A DNA stretch of 64,000 bases, from positions 98,049 to 162,048 of the forward strand of contig CAKUKI010000004.1 of the NCBI GenBank assembly GCA_934662565.1, in the 5' to 3' direction. The notes under the pieces were generated by a model. That model did no database searches and was not told the origin of the DNA. It was given only the letters and a program-made list of their open reading frames with translations. Source of the stretch: an uncultured Elusimicrobiales bacterium. Its GTDB lineage: Bacteria > Elusimicrobiota > Elusimicrobia > Elusimicrobiales > Elusimicrobiaceae. Shown in pieces: positions 28,923 through 38,920 of the stretch; position 1 is the first letter of the stretch, and each line of letters begins with the position of its first letter. The translations under genes and the position numbers were made by a program.

Positions 28923-31505
28923 ATGATTAGAACCGTTATTGATAAAATTTTTGGTACCAAAAGTGAAAGAGACTTAAAGAAAATCCAACATTATGTGGAT
29001 GACGCAAACCGTTTTACCGCGGAGTTTGAACCCTTAACAGATGAAGCATTAAAAGCCAAGACGGACGAATTTAAGGCCCGTTTGGCCAAAGGGGAAACGC
29101 TGGACGATATTTTACCGGAAGCGTTTGCGGTGGTGCGCTTGGCGGCCCAGCGCGTAATTGGCCTGCGCCCGTATGATGTGCAAATGCTGGGCGGTATTGT
29201 GTTGCACCAAGGCAAAATTGCCGAAATGGGCACTGGGGAAGGTAAAACTTTGGTGGCGGTGTTGCCCTCTTACTTAAATGCGTTGACGGGCAAAGGGGTG
29301 CATGTTGTCACAGTAAACGACTATTTGGCCCGCCGTGACCGCCAATGGATGGGCCCCATTCACGAATTTTTAGGCTTAACGGTGGGGTATATCGGGCATG
29401 ATATGGATAACGACGAACGCCGCGAAATGTACGCCAAAGATATCACCTATGTCACCAATAACGAATTAGGCTTTGACTATCTGCGCGACAATATGGTCAT
29501 CTCCCGCGAGGACCGCGTTTTGCGCCCGCTCAACTATTGTATTGTGGACGAAGTAGACTCCATTTTAATTGACGAAGCCCGCACCCCGCTGATTATTTCC
29601 GGCCCGTCCGAACAAAGCACGGATAAGTATTATATTGTCAACCGCTTGGTTCCTTCCTTAAAAGTACGTTTAATTACGGAAAAAGACGAAGTAAAAGCCA
29701 AGTATGAAGGCACTAAATTGGAAGAAGGGTATGACGCTATTGTGGACGAAAAAAACCACACGGCTACGCTGACGGATTCGGGTATTGCCAAGGCAGAAAA
29801 ATTCTTAAACGTGCCCAATTTGTATGATGACGTCGGCTCCAGCTGGGTACACCATATTACGCAGGCCTTGCGCGCCCACCACTTGTACGAACGCGACGTG
29901 GCTTATGTGGTCAAAGACGGCGAAGTGGTGATTGTGGACGAATTTACCGGCCGCTTAATGCCGGGGCGCCGCTGGAGCGACGGGCTCCACCAAGCGGTAG
30001 AAGCCAAAGAAGGGTTGCAAATTAAAGAAGAAAACCAAACCTTGGCTACCATTACCTTCCAGAATTTCTTTAAGCTGTATAAAAAACTGTCCGGTATGAC
30101 GGGTACCGCCATGACGGAAGCCAACGAATTTTGGCAGATTTACAAATTGGACGTGGTGGAAATCCGCCCCAACCGCCCCTCTAAACGCATTGACTATCCG
30201 GACCAAGTATTTTTAACGGAACGGGAAAAATTCAACGCGATTATTAACGAAGTGGAAGGCCTTTGGAAAACCGGTGCGCCGGTGCTGGTGGGTACGCGCT
30301 CTATTGAAAAGTCCGAAAAACTTTCCGCCATGCTCCGCGCCAAAGGCATTCCGCATAAAGTGTTAAATGCCAAATATCACGAAATGGAAGCCCAAATTAT
30401 CAGCCAAGCGGGGCGCAAAGGCGCCGTGACGATTGCTACCAACATGGCCGGCCGCGGTACGGACATTGTATTGGGCGGCAATCCGGCAGATAAAGAAGAA
30501 CAAAACCAAGTGGTCGCGCTGGGCGGTTTGCATGTCATTGGCAGTGAACGCCACGAAAGCCGCCGCATTGATAACCAGTTGCGCGGCCGCTGCGCCCGCC
30601 AAGGGGACCCCGGTTGCTCCCGCTTTTATGTATCTTTGGAAGACGAACTGATGCGTTTATTTGCCAATACGGCCAAAATTTCTTCCATTTTAAGCGCTAT
30701 GGGAATGAAAGAAGGCGAAGCCATAGAATCGCGCCTGATGAGCCGCCAAATTGAAGGCGCCCAGCGCATGGTGGAGGGCCGCAACTTTGATATCCGCAAA
30801 CAACTGTTGGATTATGATAAAGTGATGAACCAGCAGCGCACCGCCGTATATGGTTTGCGCAACGCCATTTTGGACGGACAAAATATGACGGAAAAATCCG
30901 TACAGATGATGGAAGAATGTGTGGACGATTTGGTGGAAATGTATTTTAATCCGTCCCATTTGGACCGCAGTGATTTTAATGCCCTCAATGTGGCACTAAA
31001 GTCGCTTTTCCCCATTAATTTTAACTACACGGCTGATAGTGTTTCCGGCAAAACGCGTGACGCACTGGCAGACGAAATTATCGCCCAAGTAAAAGAGTTA
31101 TACCACGCGCGTGTGGCCTATTTTGCCGAGCAAGGCCTGAATTTTGCCGAAATTGAGCGTATGCTTTTATTGCAAATTTTGGATAGCGCTTGGAAACAAA
31201 ATTTGTATGAATTGGACCAGCTGCAAAACAGCGTCAGCTTGCGCGGGTATGCCCAAAAGGACCCGCTGATTGAATACCAAAAAGAGGCCTACAAATTGTA
31301 TTGCGCCATGATGAACCGCGTGCGTGATTTGATGGTGGGCTACATCTTCCGTATCCAACTGCCGCCGCGGCGTGAACAACACGCGGCCGCGGTGCAAAAA
31401 ACGGGGGAACAAGCGGGGGATGCCGGTCACAAAATCGGTCGCAACGACCCTTGCCCCTGCGGTAGCGGAAAAAAATATAAAAAATGCTGTGGAGCCAAAC
31501 TATGA
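28923..31505 (+). CDS. secA: preprotein translocase ATPase SecA
   Basis: Motifs MGTGEGKTLVA, VTVNDYLARRD and DEVDSILIDEARTPLIISG plus the C-terminal Zn finger CPCGSGKKYKKCCG. 860 aa. Confidence 0.95.
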   Translation: MIRTVIDKIFGTKSERDLKKIQHYVDDANRFTAEFEPLTDEALKAKTDEFKARLAKGETLDDILPEAFAVVRLAAQRVIGLRPYDVQMLGGIVLHQGKIAEMGTGEGKTLVAVLPSYLNALTGKGVHVVTVNDYLARRDRQWMGPIHEFLGLTVGYIGHDMDNDERREMYAKDITYVTNNELGFDYLRDNMVISREDRVLRPLNYCIVDEVDSILIDEARTPLIISGPSEQSTDKYYIVNRLVPSLKVRLITEKDEVKAKYEGTKLEEGYDAIVDEKNHTATLTDSGIAKAEKFLNVPNLYDDVGSSWVHHITQALRAHHLYERDVAYVVKDGEVVIVDEFTGRLMPGRRWSDGLHQAVEAKEGLQIKEENQTLATITFQNFFKLYKKLSGMTGTAMTEANEFWQIYKLDVVEIRPNRPSKRIDYPDQVFLTEREKFNAIINEVEGLWKTGAPVLVGTRSIEKSEKLSAMLRAKGIPHKVLNAKYHEMEAQIISQAGRKGAVTIATNMAGRGTDIVLGGNPADKEEQNQVVALGGLHVIGSERHESRRIDNQLRGRCARQGDPGCSRFYVSLEDELMRLFANTAKISSILSAMGMKEGEAIESRLMSRQIEGAQRMVEGRNFDIRKQLLDYDKVMNQQRTAVYGLRNAILDGQNMTEKSVQMMEECVDDLVEMYFNPSHLDRSDFNALNVALKSLFPINFNYTADSVSGKTRDALADEIIAQVKELYHARVAYFAEQGLNFAEIERMLLLQILDSAWKQNLYELDQLQNSVSLRGYAQKDPLIEYQKEAYKLYCAMMNRVRDLMVGYIFRIQLPPRREQHAAAVQKTGEQAGDAGHKIGRNDPCPCGSGKKYKKCCGAKL

Positions 31506-31951
31506 ATAAAATAAAACAGATACTCCAGTTGTTGTGTGCCTTGGCGGTCATAGCGGCTATTCCGGTGGTGTTGTCGCGGCGGGAAGTTATCCCGACGGAT
31601 ATGCCGGCCTTAACGCGGGAAGACATTATGGCTAATAAGCAAGATTATGAAAAGCAGGAAGCCAAACAGGAAGGGCAAGAGCGCGCGCGCCGTGCGGCCA
31701 AAGCCCGCGCCGCTTATTCTGCCTGCACCACGGACGAAGACTGTATTATTGTGGATAAAGACCCTTGCGGTTGTTTGGTAGGGCCCAAAGGCGTGACGGC
31801 TATTAATATGGCGCGCTCTTTGGAATTTACAAAAGCGCAAGGCAATGTAATGGCTAAGGCGTGTCCGGACGGGGAACCGTCACAAGAGCGGGAATGTAGC
31901 CCCAATGCCCGTGCCGTCTGCCGGCAGAAAATGTGTAAAATCGTTTATTAA
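31502..31951 (+). CDS. hypothetical membrane-anchored Cys-rich protein, translationally coupled to secA
   Basis: ATGA overlap with the secA stop, an N-terminal TM (MNKIKQILQLLCALAVIAAIPVVL) and a Cys-rich C-terminus (8 Cys in about 60 aa). Confidence 0.45.
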   Translation: MNKIKQILQLLCALAVIAAIPVVLSRREVIPTDMPALTREDIMANKQDYEKQEAKQEGQERARRAAKARAAYSACTTDEDCIIVDKDPCGCLVGPKGVTAINMARSLEFTKAQGNVMAKACPDGEPSQERECSPNARAVCRQKMCKIVY

Positions 31952-31962
31952 GAGTTTGCCAG

Positions 31963-33582
31963 ATGAGCCTTTTTCGCCGTCCTTTAGCCGAAGATTCTTC
32001 TGCCCCCAAAAGTAAGTTTGGGGGCCGTCTGGCCGTTTGGGGAAAGGCCGGCTTAAAAGGCTTTTTTTTGTTGTTATGTGCCGTGGCTACGGCTTTATTG
32101 GTAAAAGCCAGTTATCCTAAAGTATCGGTTTATGGGTTAGGGTGGGTGGCATTGGCCCCATTCATCATGGGCGTGGTGCATGTGCGTAAATTTTGGCGCG
32201 CATTTTTTTATTCTTGGTTTAGTGCCGTTTTAATTTACGGCGGACTCTTTTGGTGGATTTACCGCACCTGCCACGAAGGGGGCGGTTTAAGCGTGGGCCT
32301 TTCTGCGGCGGCTTGGTTGGGTCTTTCGGCATTGATTGGTTTACAGTTTGCGGTTTTCGGCTCCAGTTGTTTCTTTTTGCGTAAACTGCGCGGCTTGTTC
32401 CCGCTGATGGCCGCGTTCGGGTGGGTGGCGCTGGAATGGCTCCATCAAACGCTGGCGTTTCACGCGCTGGGGTTTCCGTGGGTGATGCTGGGGTATTCCC
32501 AATGGAATTTTCCTCCAGCACTGCAAATAGCTTCTTTAACCGGTGTGTACGGGGTTAGCTTTGCGGTGGCCTTTGTGGGGGTTTCTGTTGGGTTTGCGTT
32601 TTCGGGCAAAGTAAGTTTTAAGGGGGCGGTTTTCCAGCTGATTTTAGCCGCGTGCATGTTGGGCGGTGTAGTGGGGTTTGGCAAGTGGACGCTTTCCCGT
32701 CCGGCCCCCAAGGCGCTATTAAGCGTCAGTGCCGCCGTGATGCAGCCGAATATAGACCAGTATAAAAAATGGTCCCCGCAGTTTGAGGCGGAAATCCGCT
32801 CCACACTAGAGGATATGGGCCGCCAGTTAAAGGATAAACAGGTTTTGCTGGCCGTCTGGCCGGAAAGTGCCGTTCCGGGGGAATTGACGCAAGAGCCGTA
32901 TTTAAGCCTGTTTGAAAACATTTCCACCCAAGGCAGTTTGTTTCAGGTGGTCGGCTCCAATGTGACGGGCGAGCGGCAGCAATTTGTAGGAGCCTATGTG
33001 GTTTCTCCGTTTGATGATAATTTACAGGAATACCGCAAAGTAAAATTAGTTCCGTTTGGGGAATATATCCCGCTGGAAAGTATGGTCCGCACCGTAGCCA
33101 AAGATGTGGCCGTGCTGGGGGAACTGGGCTCTTTTACGGCGGGGGATTTGGAACAGGAACTGCCGCAGATGTCGGGCGTTCCGTTTGGTATTACCGTATG
33201 TTATGAATCCATTTTCCCGCAGTTGTGGGCCAAACAAAACCGCGCGGGTGCTAAATTTTTTGTAAATGTGACGAACGACGCTTGGTTTTTTGATTCGGAC
33301 GCACCTTACCAGCATTTGGCGGTCAGCGCCTTGCGCGCAGTGGAAACCGGCCGCCCTGTTTTGCGGGCGGCCAATACGGGTATTTCGGCGGTGGTGGACC
33401 GCTACGGGCGGATACAGCAAACGGCCCCGCTCAATACGCGCGCTATTTTAACGGCAGACATTCCTTTGCCCTTAAATGATGCCCAAAATTTTTATACGCA
33501 GTGGGGGGATTGGTTCGCGTGGATTAGTGCCGCTTTTTATTTTACGCTCCTCATCTCCGCCATGGTGTTTGCTTATGAATAA
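31963..33582 (+). CDS. lnt: apolipoprotein N-acyltransferase
   Basis: N-terminal polytopic region followed by a CN-hydrolase domain with catalytic motifs ([21 protein letters not shown]). 539 aa. Confidence 0.85.
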   Translation: MSLFRRPLAEDSSAPKSKFGGRLAVWGKAGLKGFFLLLCAVATALLVKASYPKVSVYGLGWVALAPFIMGVVHVRKFWRAFFYSWFSAVLIYGGLFWWIYRTCHEGGGLSVGLSAAAWLGLSALIGLQFAVFGSSCFFLRKLRGLFPLMAAFGWVALEWLHQTLAFHALGFPWVMLGYSQWNFPPALQIASLTGVYGVSFAVAFVGVSVGFAFSGKVSFKGAVFQLILAACMLGGVVGFGKWTLSRPAPKALLSVSAAVMQPNIDQYKKWSPQFEAEIRSTLEDMGRQLKDKQVLLAVWPESAVPGELTQEPYLSLFENISTQGSLFQVVGSNVTGERQQFVGAYVVSPFDDNLQEYRKVKLVPFGEYIPLESMVRTVAKDVAVLGELGSFTAGDLEQELPQMSGVPFGITVCYESIFPQLWAKQNRAGAKFFVNVTNDAWFFDSDAPYQHLAVSALRAVETGRPVLRAANTGISAVVDRYGRIQQTAPLNTRAILTADIPLPLNDAQNFYTQWGDWFAWISAAFYFTLLISAMVFAYE

Positions 33583-34693
33583 TATTGAATTTAATGATGT
33601 AGATACTAAAATTACGGAAATGGAAACCCGTGTTAAAAAAATCGGGCAGATTGTAAATGTTCCGGCCAAAACGGCGGAAATTGCCGCGCTGGAACAAAAA
33701 ACGGCGGACCCCGCCTTTTGGAACGATAACCAAGCCGCGCAAGCGGTCACACGGCAGTTGGACGGCTTAAAAACGGCGGTGTCTTCCTATCAAAATTTAG
33801 CCAAACAAGTGGCGGATGCCCGCGCTTGGTATGATTTATGCAAAGAAATGCAAGACCAAGCCGAGCTTTTGCAGTTGTATGCGTCTTTGGAAACAACGGA
33901 CAAAAATATCGCCCGCAAAGAAAGTGAAATTACCCTTTCGGAACCCAACGACAAACTGAACGCTATTTTAACCATTCACGCGGGGGCCGGCGGTACGGAA
34001 TCGTGCGATTGGGCGCAAATGTTGTTGCGTATGTATACCCGCTGGGCGGAACAGCACGGTTTTAAGGTGTCTATTACGGATTCCCAAGCCGGTGACGAGG
34101 CCGGTATAAAAACCGTCAGCGCCATTATAGAAGGCCCCTTTGCTTACGGTTATTTGAAGGGCGAAAACGGCGTACACCGTCTGGTGCGTGTTTCCCCGTT
34201 TGATGCCAATAGCCGCCGCCACACCTCTTTTGCTTCGTGCGACGTACTGCCGGACATTGACGAAAATATTAATATAGAAATCCCCGAAAAAGATATCCAG
34301 TTGGAAACCAGCCGCGCGGGCGGCCATGGCGGCCAAAACGTAAACAAGGTGGAAAGTGCCGTGCGTCTTTTACACATTCCCACCGGCATTGTGGTTTCTT
34401 GCCGTATAGAGCGCAGCCAACTGCAAAACCGCCAAACCGCTATGAAAATGCTCAAAGCCCGCCTGTATGAGCTGGAAATGGACAAAAAACGCAGCGAGGC
34501 CGAAAAACGCTACGGCCAAAAAGGGGAAATTGCTTGGGGCCATCAAATCCGCTCCTATGTATTTATGCCCTATCAGCTGGTAAAGGATTTGCGCACCGGA
34601 TATGAAACGTCCCAAATTAATGCAGTGATGGACGGAGAATTGGACCCGTTCATTTTTGCCTATTTGAACCAACTGGCTACACAAAAAAAATAA
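33575..34693 (+). CDS. prfB: peptide chain release factor 2, encoded in a single frame (no programmed +1 frameshift)
   Basis: SPF tripeptide ([15 protein letters not shown]), GGQ motif ([22 protein letters not shown]) and alignment to E. coli RF2 along the whole length. The ATG at 33575 overlaps the lnt stop (ATGAATAA) and the frame is open from there to 34693. Confidence 0.85.
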   Translation: MNNIEFNDVDTKITEMETRVKKIGQIVNVPAKTAEIAALEQKTADPAFWNDNQAAQAVTRQLDGLKTAVSSYQNLAKQVADARAWYDLCKEMQDQAELLQLYASLETTDKNIARKESEITLSEPNDKLNAILTIHAGAGGTESCDWAQMLLRMYTRWAEQHGFKVSITDSQAGDEAGIKTVSAIIEGPFAYGYLKGENGVHRLVRVSPFDANSRRHTSFASCDVLPDIDENINIEIPEKDIQLETSRAGGHGGQNVNKVESAVRLLHIPTGIVVSCRIERSQLQNRQTAMKMLKARLYELEMDKKRSEAEKRYGQKGEIAWGHQIRSYVFMPYQLVKDLRTGYETSQINAVMDGELDPFIFAYLNQLATQKK

Positions 34694-35796
34694 TGAGTAC
34701 CGGCCTTTATATACATATTCCGTTTTGCCGCCAAAAGTGCAATTATTGTGACTTTGCCTCTTTTGCCGGCTTGGAAACGCTGATTCCGGCCTATCTGGCG
34801 GCCTTGCGGCTGGACGCGGCTAATGCCCCCACCAAACAGGTGGACACCTTGTATGTGGGCGGTGGTACGCCCAGCTTGCTTTCTGCCGCGCAACTGTCCC
34901 AGTTATGTGATTTACTCCAAAAAGAGTTCGGTCCTATTTCTTCCTTGCGGGAATCCACCTGCGAGGCCAATCCGGAAAGCCTCACCCCCGAAAAATTAAC
35001 CGTTCTTAAAGATTTTGGTTTTACACGCCTAAGCCTTGGGCTGCAAAGTTTGGACGATAAAGAATTAAAATTATTGGGGCGGGTGCATACGCGGGCGGAT
35101 TTTTTGCGGGCGTATCAGGCGGCGCGTGCGGCAGGGTTTGATAACATTAATATAGATTTAATTGCCGGCCTTCCCGCGCAGACCTTGGAGCAGTTTTTGG
35201 CTAATTTGCAAGGGGTTATTGCCCTCAAGCCGGAGCATATATCCGTATATGGTTTGCAGATAGAAGAAGGCACGCCGTTTTTTGAACGCGGCATTGTGTG
35301 CGACCAACTGTTAATGCGCCGCATGCTGGAAGAAACCCACCGGCAACTGCTTCAGGCGGGGTTTGAACATTATGAAATTTCCAACTTTGCGCGCGCCGGC
35401 AAACAGGCCCAGCATAATACTTCTTATTGGCGCGACGGAGAATACATTGGGCTGGGCAGTGAGGCCGCCTCCTACTGGAAGGGCGAGCGCCGCCAAAATG
35501 TCCCCTCTGTGCAAGAGTACATCCGCCGGATGCAGGCGGGCGAAAGCCCGGTTTGTTATGCGGAGCATTTAACCGGCAAAGAAAAACTGGGTGAACAAGT
35601 GATGTTGGGGCTTAGGTTATTGGACGGCGTGGAGCTGACGGACGAAATCCAACAGGCGTTCGGGCGGGATATTCAAACCCACATAAAAAACGGACTGCTC
35701 ACCCAAGAAAATAATAAAATAAAATTAACGTTTGAGGGGCTCTTTTTAGCCAATGAAGTTTTTTGCAGTTTTGTGGCCCCCTTTGAGGAAGCATGA
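34693..35796 (+). CDS. hemW: radical SAM heme chaperone HemW (HemN-like, oxygen-independent coproporphyrinogen oxidase family)
   Basis: LYIHIPFCRQKCNYCDF (CxxxCxxC radical SAM motif) and GGGTPSLL. 367 aa. Confidence 0.85.
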   Translation: MSTGLYIHIPFCRQKCNYCDFASFAGLETLIPAYLAALRLDAANAPTKQVDTLYVGGGTPSLLSAAQLSQLCDLLQKEFGPISSLRESTCEANPESLTPEKLTVLKDFGFTRLSLGLQSLDDKELKLLGRVHTRADFLRAYQAARAAGFDNINIDLIAGLPAQTLEQFLANLQGVIALKPEHISVYGLQIEEGTPFFERGIVCDQLLMRRMLEETHRQLLQAGFEHYEISNFARAGKQAQHNTSYWRDGEYIGLGSEAASYWKGERRQNVPSVQEYIRRMQAGESPVCYAEHLTGKEKLGEQVMLGLRLLDGVELTDEIQQAFGRDIQTHIKNGLLTQENNKIKLTFEGLFLANEVFCSFVAPFEEA

Positions 35797-36503
35797 ATTT
35801 AACGCCCATACATACGGATATTTTCCGCGAACGGCAGGACTTGCCCGCATTTATTGAGCAGTTTGTGCCGTCCGTGGCCGAAAAAACGGTTTTGGCGGTG
35901 GCCTCTAAACTGGTTTGTTTGTGGAAAGGGTTGTCTGTAGCGTACGAAAGCCCCGCCCAAAAAGAGGCACTTATCCACCAAGAAAGCACCGCGTCTTTGC
36001 AAACTCCGTTGGCGTGGCTGAGCATAAAAGCCGGTATGGTTATGACCAATGCCGGAATTGACGAGTCCAACGCGGACGGTAAACTGCTCCTTTTGCCCCA
36101 AGATTGCTATGCGTGCGCGGAAGAATTAAGAACCGCCTTGCGGGCGCATTACGGCGTGAAAGATTTGGGCATTGTGATTACGGACAGTATGATTTTGCCT
36201 TTGCGCGCGGGCGTAATTGCGGGGGCGGTGGGCTATGCCGGTTTCCAAGGGGTAAAAGATTTGCGCGGCAAGGCGGATATTTTTGGCAAAAAATTAGCCG
36301 TCACGCTGGTAGACGCGGCCGATACATTAGCCAGTGCCGCCGCGCTTTGTATGGGGGAGGCGGACGAAACCCGCCCGCTTTGTGTGATAGAGCGCGCACC
36401 GGTAGTATTTACGGCGCACACCCGCCCGCAGGAAATGCACTATCCGGCCAAAGACGATTTGTATGCCCCATTGTTTAAGGCAGTGGGATTATTAAAGGAT
36501 TAG
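35793..36503 (+). CDS. CofE-like (coenzyme F420-0:L-glutamate ligase family, PF01996-type) protein
   Basis: NAGIDESNADGKLLLLPQD...GIVITDSMILPLRAGVIAGAVGYAGFQGVKDLRGKADIFGKKLAVT aligns with archaeal CofE (NAGIDASN...GVIITDTNGRCFRRGVVGFAIGISG...RGxDLYGRxL). ATGA overlap with hemW. Confidence 0.65.
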   Translation: MNLTPIHTDIFRERQDLPAFIEQFVPSVAEKTVLAVASKLVCLWKGLSVAYESPAQKEALIHQESTASLQTPLAWLSIKAGMVMTNAGIDESNADGKLLLLPQDCYACAEELRTALRAHYGVKDLGIVITDSMILPLRAGVIAGAVGYAGFQGVKDLRGKADIFGKKLAVTLVDAADTLASAAALCMGEADETRPLCVIERAPVVFTAHTRPQEMHYPAKDDLYAPLFKAVGLLKD

Positions 36504-36512
36504 GAGAACACC

Positions 36513-36977
36513 ATGATAAAGAATGTAATTAATGAGTTCAAAACTTTTGTGATGCGCGGCAACGTCATTGATATGGCTGTCGGTATCATTATTGGCGGGG
36601 CGTTTACTAAAATTGTAAACTCCACCGTTTCCGATATTTTAATGCCGCCTTTGGGGCTGCTAATGGGCAAGGTGGATTTTTCCAACTGGTTTATTGTGCT
36701 CAAAGACGGCGCCACTGTGCATGGGCCGTATGACTCTTTGTCCGCGGCGGCTGCGGCGGGGGCCACCACGCTGAACATTGGTAATTTGCTCAATGCGGTT
36801 ATCAGCTTTTTAATTGTGGCGTTTTGTATTTTTATGCTCATTAAGCTGATTAACAAATTAAACGCGCCCAAACCGGCTCCGGCCGCGGCGCCTACCACCA
36901 AAAAATGCCCATATTGCTGCAGCGAAATTGCTTTGGAAGCCACCCGCTGCCCGCAGTGCACCTCTGAATTAAAATAA
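36513..36977 (+). CDS. mscL: large-conductance mechanosensitive channel MscL with a C-terminal zinc-ribbon-like tail
   Basis: [42 protein letters not shown] and [22 protein letters not shown] match E. coli MscL. The C-terminus is [25 protein letters not shown] (CxxC-x12-CxxC). Confidence 0.85.
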   Translation: MIKNVINEFKTFVMRGNVIDMAVGIIIGGAFTKIVNSTVSDILMPPLGLLMGKVDFSNWFIVLKDGATVHGPYDSLSAAAAAGATTLNIGNLLNAVISFLIVAFCIFMLIKLINKLNAPKPAPAAAPTTKKCPYCCSEIALEATRCPQCTSELK

Positions 36978-37003
36978 GTTATTTTTGTGTTTTACAACAC
37001 GCA

Positions 37004-37033
37004 TAGGGAAAGGCACTCGCCTTTCCCTTTTTG
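37004..37033 (+). terminator. rho-independent terminator of mscL
   Basis: agggaaaggc-actc-gcctttccct followed by TTTTT. Confidence 0.6.
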
Positions 37034-37069
37034 CTTGTTTGTACCGTTCAAATTTTTTACACTAATACT

Positions 37070-37774
37070 ATGATTTATTTTGCACACCGCGGGGCCAGTG
37101 CCGAACGCCCCCAAAATTCCGTAGCCGCCTTTAAGCGCGCCCGCGCCTTGGGGGCCACGGCGTATGAATTGGACGTCCATTTACTATGTGACGGCCAGTT
37201 AGCCGTTCATCATGATTATTCTTTATTGGCTACTACCGGTAGGGACGCTGCTTTGGGCACGCTCACGCAGGCGGATTTAGCCCAGTATCCGCTAGTGAAT
37301 GCGTTTACGGCGGAAAAATGCACCATTCCGCTCTTGCGTGATGTACTGCCGGTGGTGCGCGAAAATTTAGCCTGCTTAAATATAGAAATCAAAAATGACG
37401 GTAATTGTTATGCGGGGATAGAAAAAGTTTTGCTGGACGAACTGTACGCACAAGCGCCGGATATGCTACCTAAAATTCTTTTTTCCAGTTTTGATTATCC
37501 CACCTTAGTCCGCTTGCGGGAACTGGATAAAAGCGTGCGGATTGGGCGGTTGTGCCGCGCGTTTGACGTGCAAGAAGCGTTGGCGTTAGGGGCGCGGAGC
37601 GTACACATGAACCAAAGCCGGCTCACGCCGGAAATTATTAAAACCTGCCACGCGCACGGCCTCCAAGTTTTTGCGTATACCGTCAATACGCAAGAGGACG
37701 CGGCGCGGCTGGCCGCCCTAGGCACAGACGGCATTTTTACCGATAAGATAGGCTTTTTTCTTTCCTCCCGTTAA
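37070..37774 (+). CDS. glycerophosphodiester phosphodiesterase family protein
   Basis: MIYFAHRGASAERPQNSVAAFKRA...YELDVHL (GDPD HR(G) motif and E-D metal site). Confidence 0.75.
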   Translation: MIYFAHRGASAERPQNSVAAFKRARALGATAYELDVHLLCDGQLAVHHDYSLLATTGRDAALGTLTQADLAQYPLVNAFTAEKCTIPLLRDVLPVVRENLACLNIEIKNDGNCYAGIEKVLLDELYAQAPDMLPKILFSSFDYPTLVRLRELDKSVRIGRLCRAFDVQEALALGARSVHMNQSRLTPEIIKTCHAHGLQVFAYTVNTQEDAARLAALGTDGIFTDKIGFFLSSR

Positions 37775-37901
37775 TCGGGCACACCTTTTTATCCGCTCGG
37801 CGTTCTAACGGCGCAGGCGTTTTTGGCTAGGTTATGCGCGGCGGCGCATAAAAAAACCGGCAAGTTTTTGCCGGTGGGGTGTTTGAAGAAAAGCAAATCC
37901 G

Positions 37902-38690
37902 TTAAAGCGCTAAGAGTTTGTTGTTCCAGCGTGCGGCCGGATTGGGCCTTTGGGCGGGGGTGGCTTCTTTCAAAATTTTATAGGCGGACGGACTTGCGTT
38001 CCGCTGGGCCCATTGGAGCGGGATTTTGCCGTCTTTATCGGCGGCGGATACGTTTTTCGGGCACATCTGCAACACTAAGCGCAGGGCAATCAGGTTGCTT
38101 ACTTGCCCTTTGTTTGCTCCAATTACCGCCATGTGCAGGGGCGTCACCCCGTCTTTATCTTTCACGCACGGGTTAGCACCCCGCCGTAAAAGCCGAATGG
38201 CGGCGGAGGATTTACCGTCGCGCAGTAAAACCATCAGGGCGGTGGCACCTTCGTGGTCACGCGCTTCTAAAAACCGCATTACGCTAACCGCCGGGGCGGA
38301 GTCGTGCGCATTACTGCCCGGTTTTAAGGCGCGGGCGGTTTCTAACGCCGTTAAGCGGTTGATAAGGGCGTCGGCAAACTCCGCATTGGCGGCATAAAAT
38401 AACGCGGTGCGGCCCAGTTTATCGGCAGTAAACAGTTGCGTGGGTTGGGTAGCTAAAGACAAGGCTTTTACCAACAAGGCTTTGGGGCCGTATTCTGCCG
38501 CGCGCATTAAAAAATCGCTCTTAAACACTTGTTTGCGTTCATAGCCGGAAACAGGCATACCGTGTTTATAGTTGGTTTCCACAATGGAAATAGTGTCCTT
38601 GTATTGGCGGGCAAAATCCTGACGGGTGTAGGCCTGTGCCGTAGCCGTGCAAAGCAAAGCCGCCGCAACACCATATAATAATTTTTTCAT
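37902..38690 (-). CDS. secreted ankyrin-repeat protein
   Basis: Start at MKKLLYGVAAALLCTATAQA (ATG 38690 with GAGAGGA RBS), not the upstream-extended ORF. ANK repeats HEGATALMVLLRDGKSSAAIRLLRRGANPCVKDKDGVTPLHMAVIGANKGQVSNLI. Confidence 0.6.
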   Translation of the reverse strand: MKKLLYGVAAALLCTATAQAYTRQDFARQYKDTISIVETNYKHGMPVSGYERKQVFKSDFLMRAAEYGPKALLVKALSLATQPTQLFTADKLGRTALFYAANAEFADALINRLTALETARALKPGSNAHDSAPAVSVMRFLEARDHEGATALMVLLRDGKSSAAIRLLRRGANPCVKDKDGVTPLHMAVIGANKGQVSNLIALRLVLQMCPKNVSAADKDGKIPLQWAQRNASPSAYKILKEATPAQRPNPAARWNNKLLAL

Positions 38691-38920
38691 TTTTCGGTTC
38701 CTCTCTTGTAATAAAAAAACCGGCTCCTTTATAATGGGAGCCGGTTTTGATAAATAAATACAAAAATTAATTTCTTTCGCTCCCTTTATCCTTAATTGTA
38801 AACATAATAGACGGACGCACACCGTTAATTAGGGTGCGTTTAATCAAGGACATATTAAAGGAGTTTAATTGCTTCATACGTTTTATTGTACTTTATTTTT
38901 TTGTTTCTGCATACAATTTT

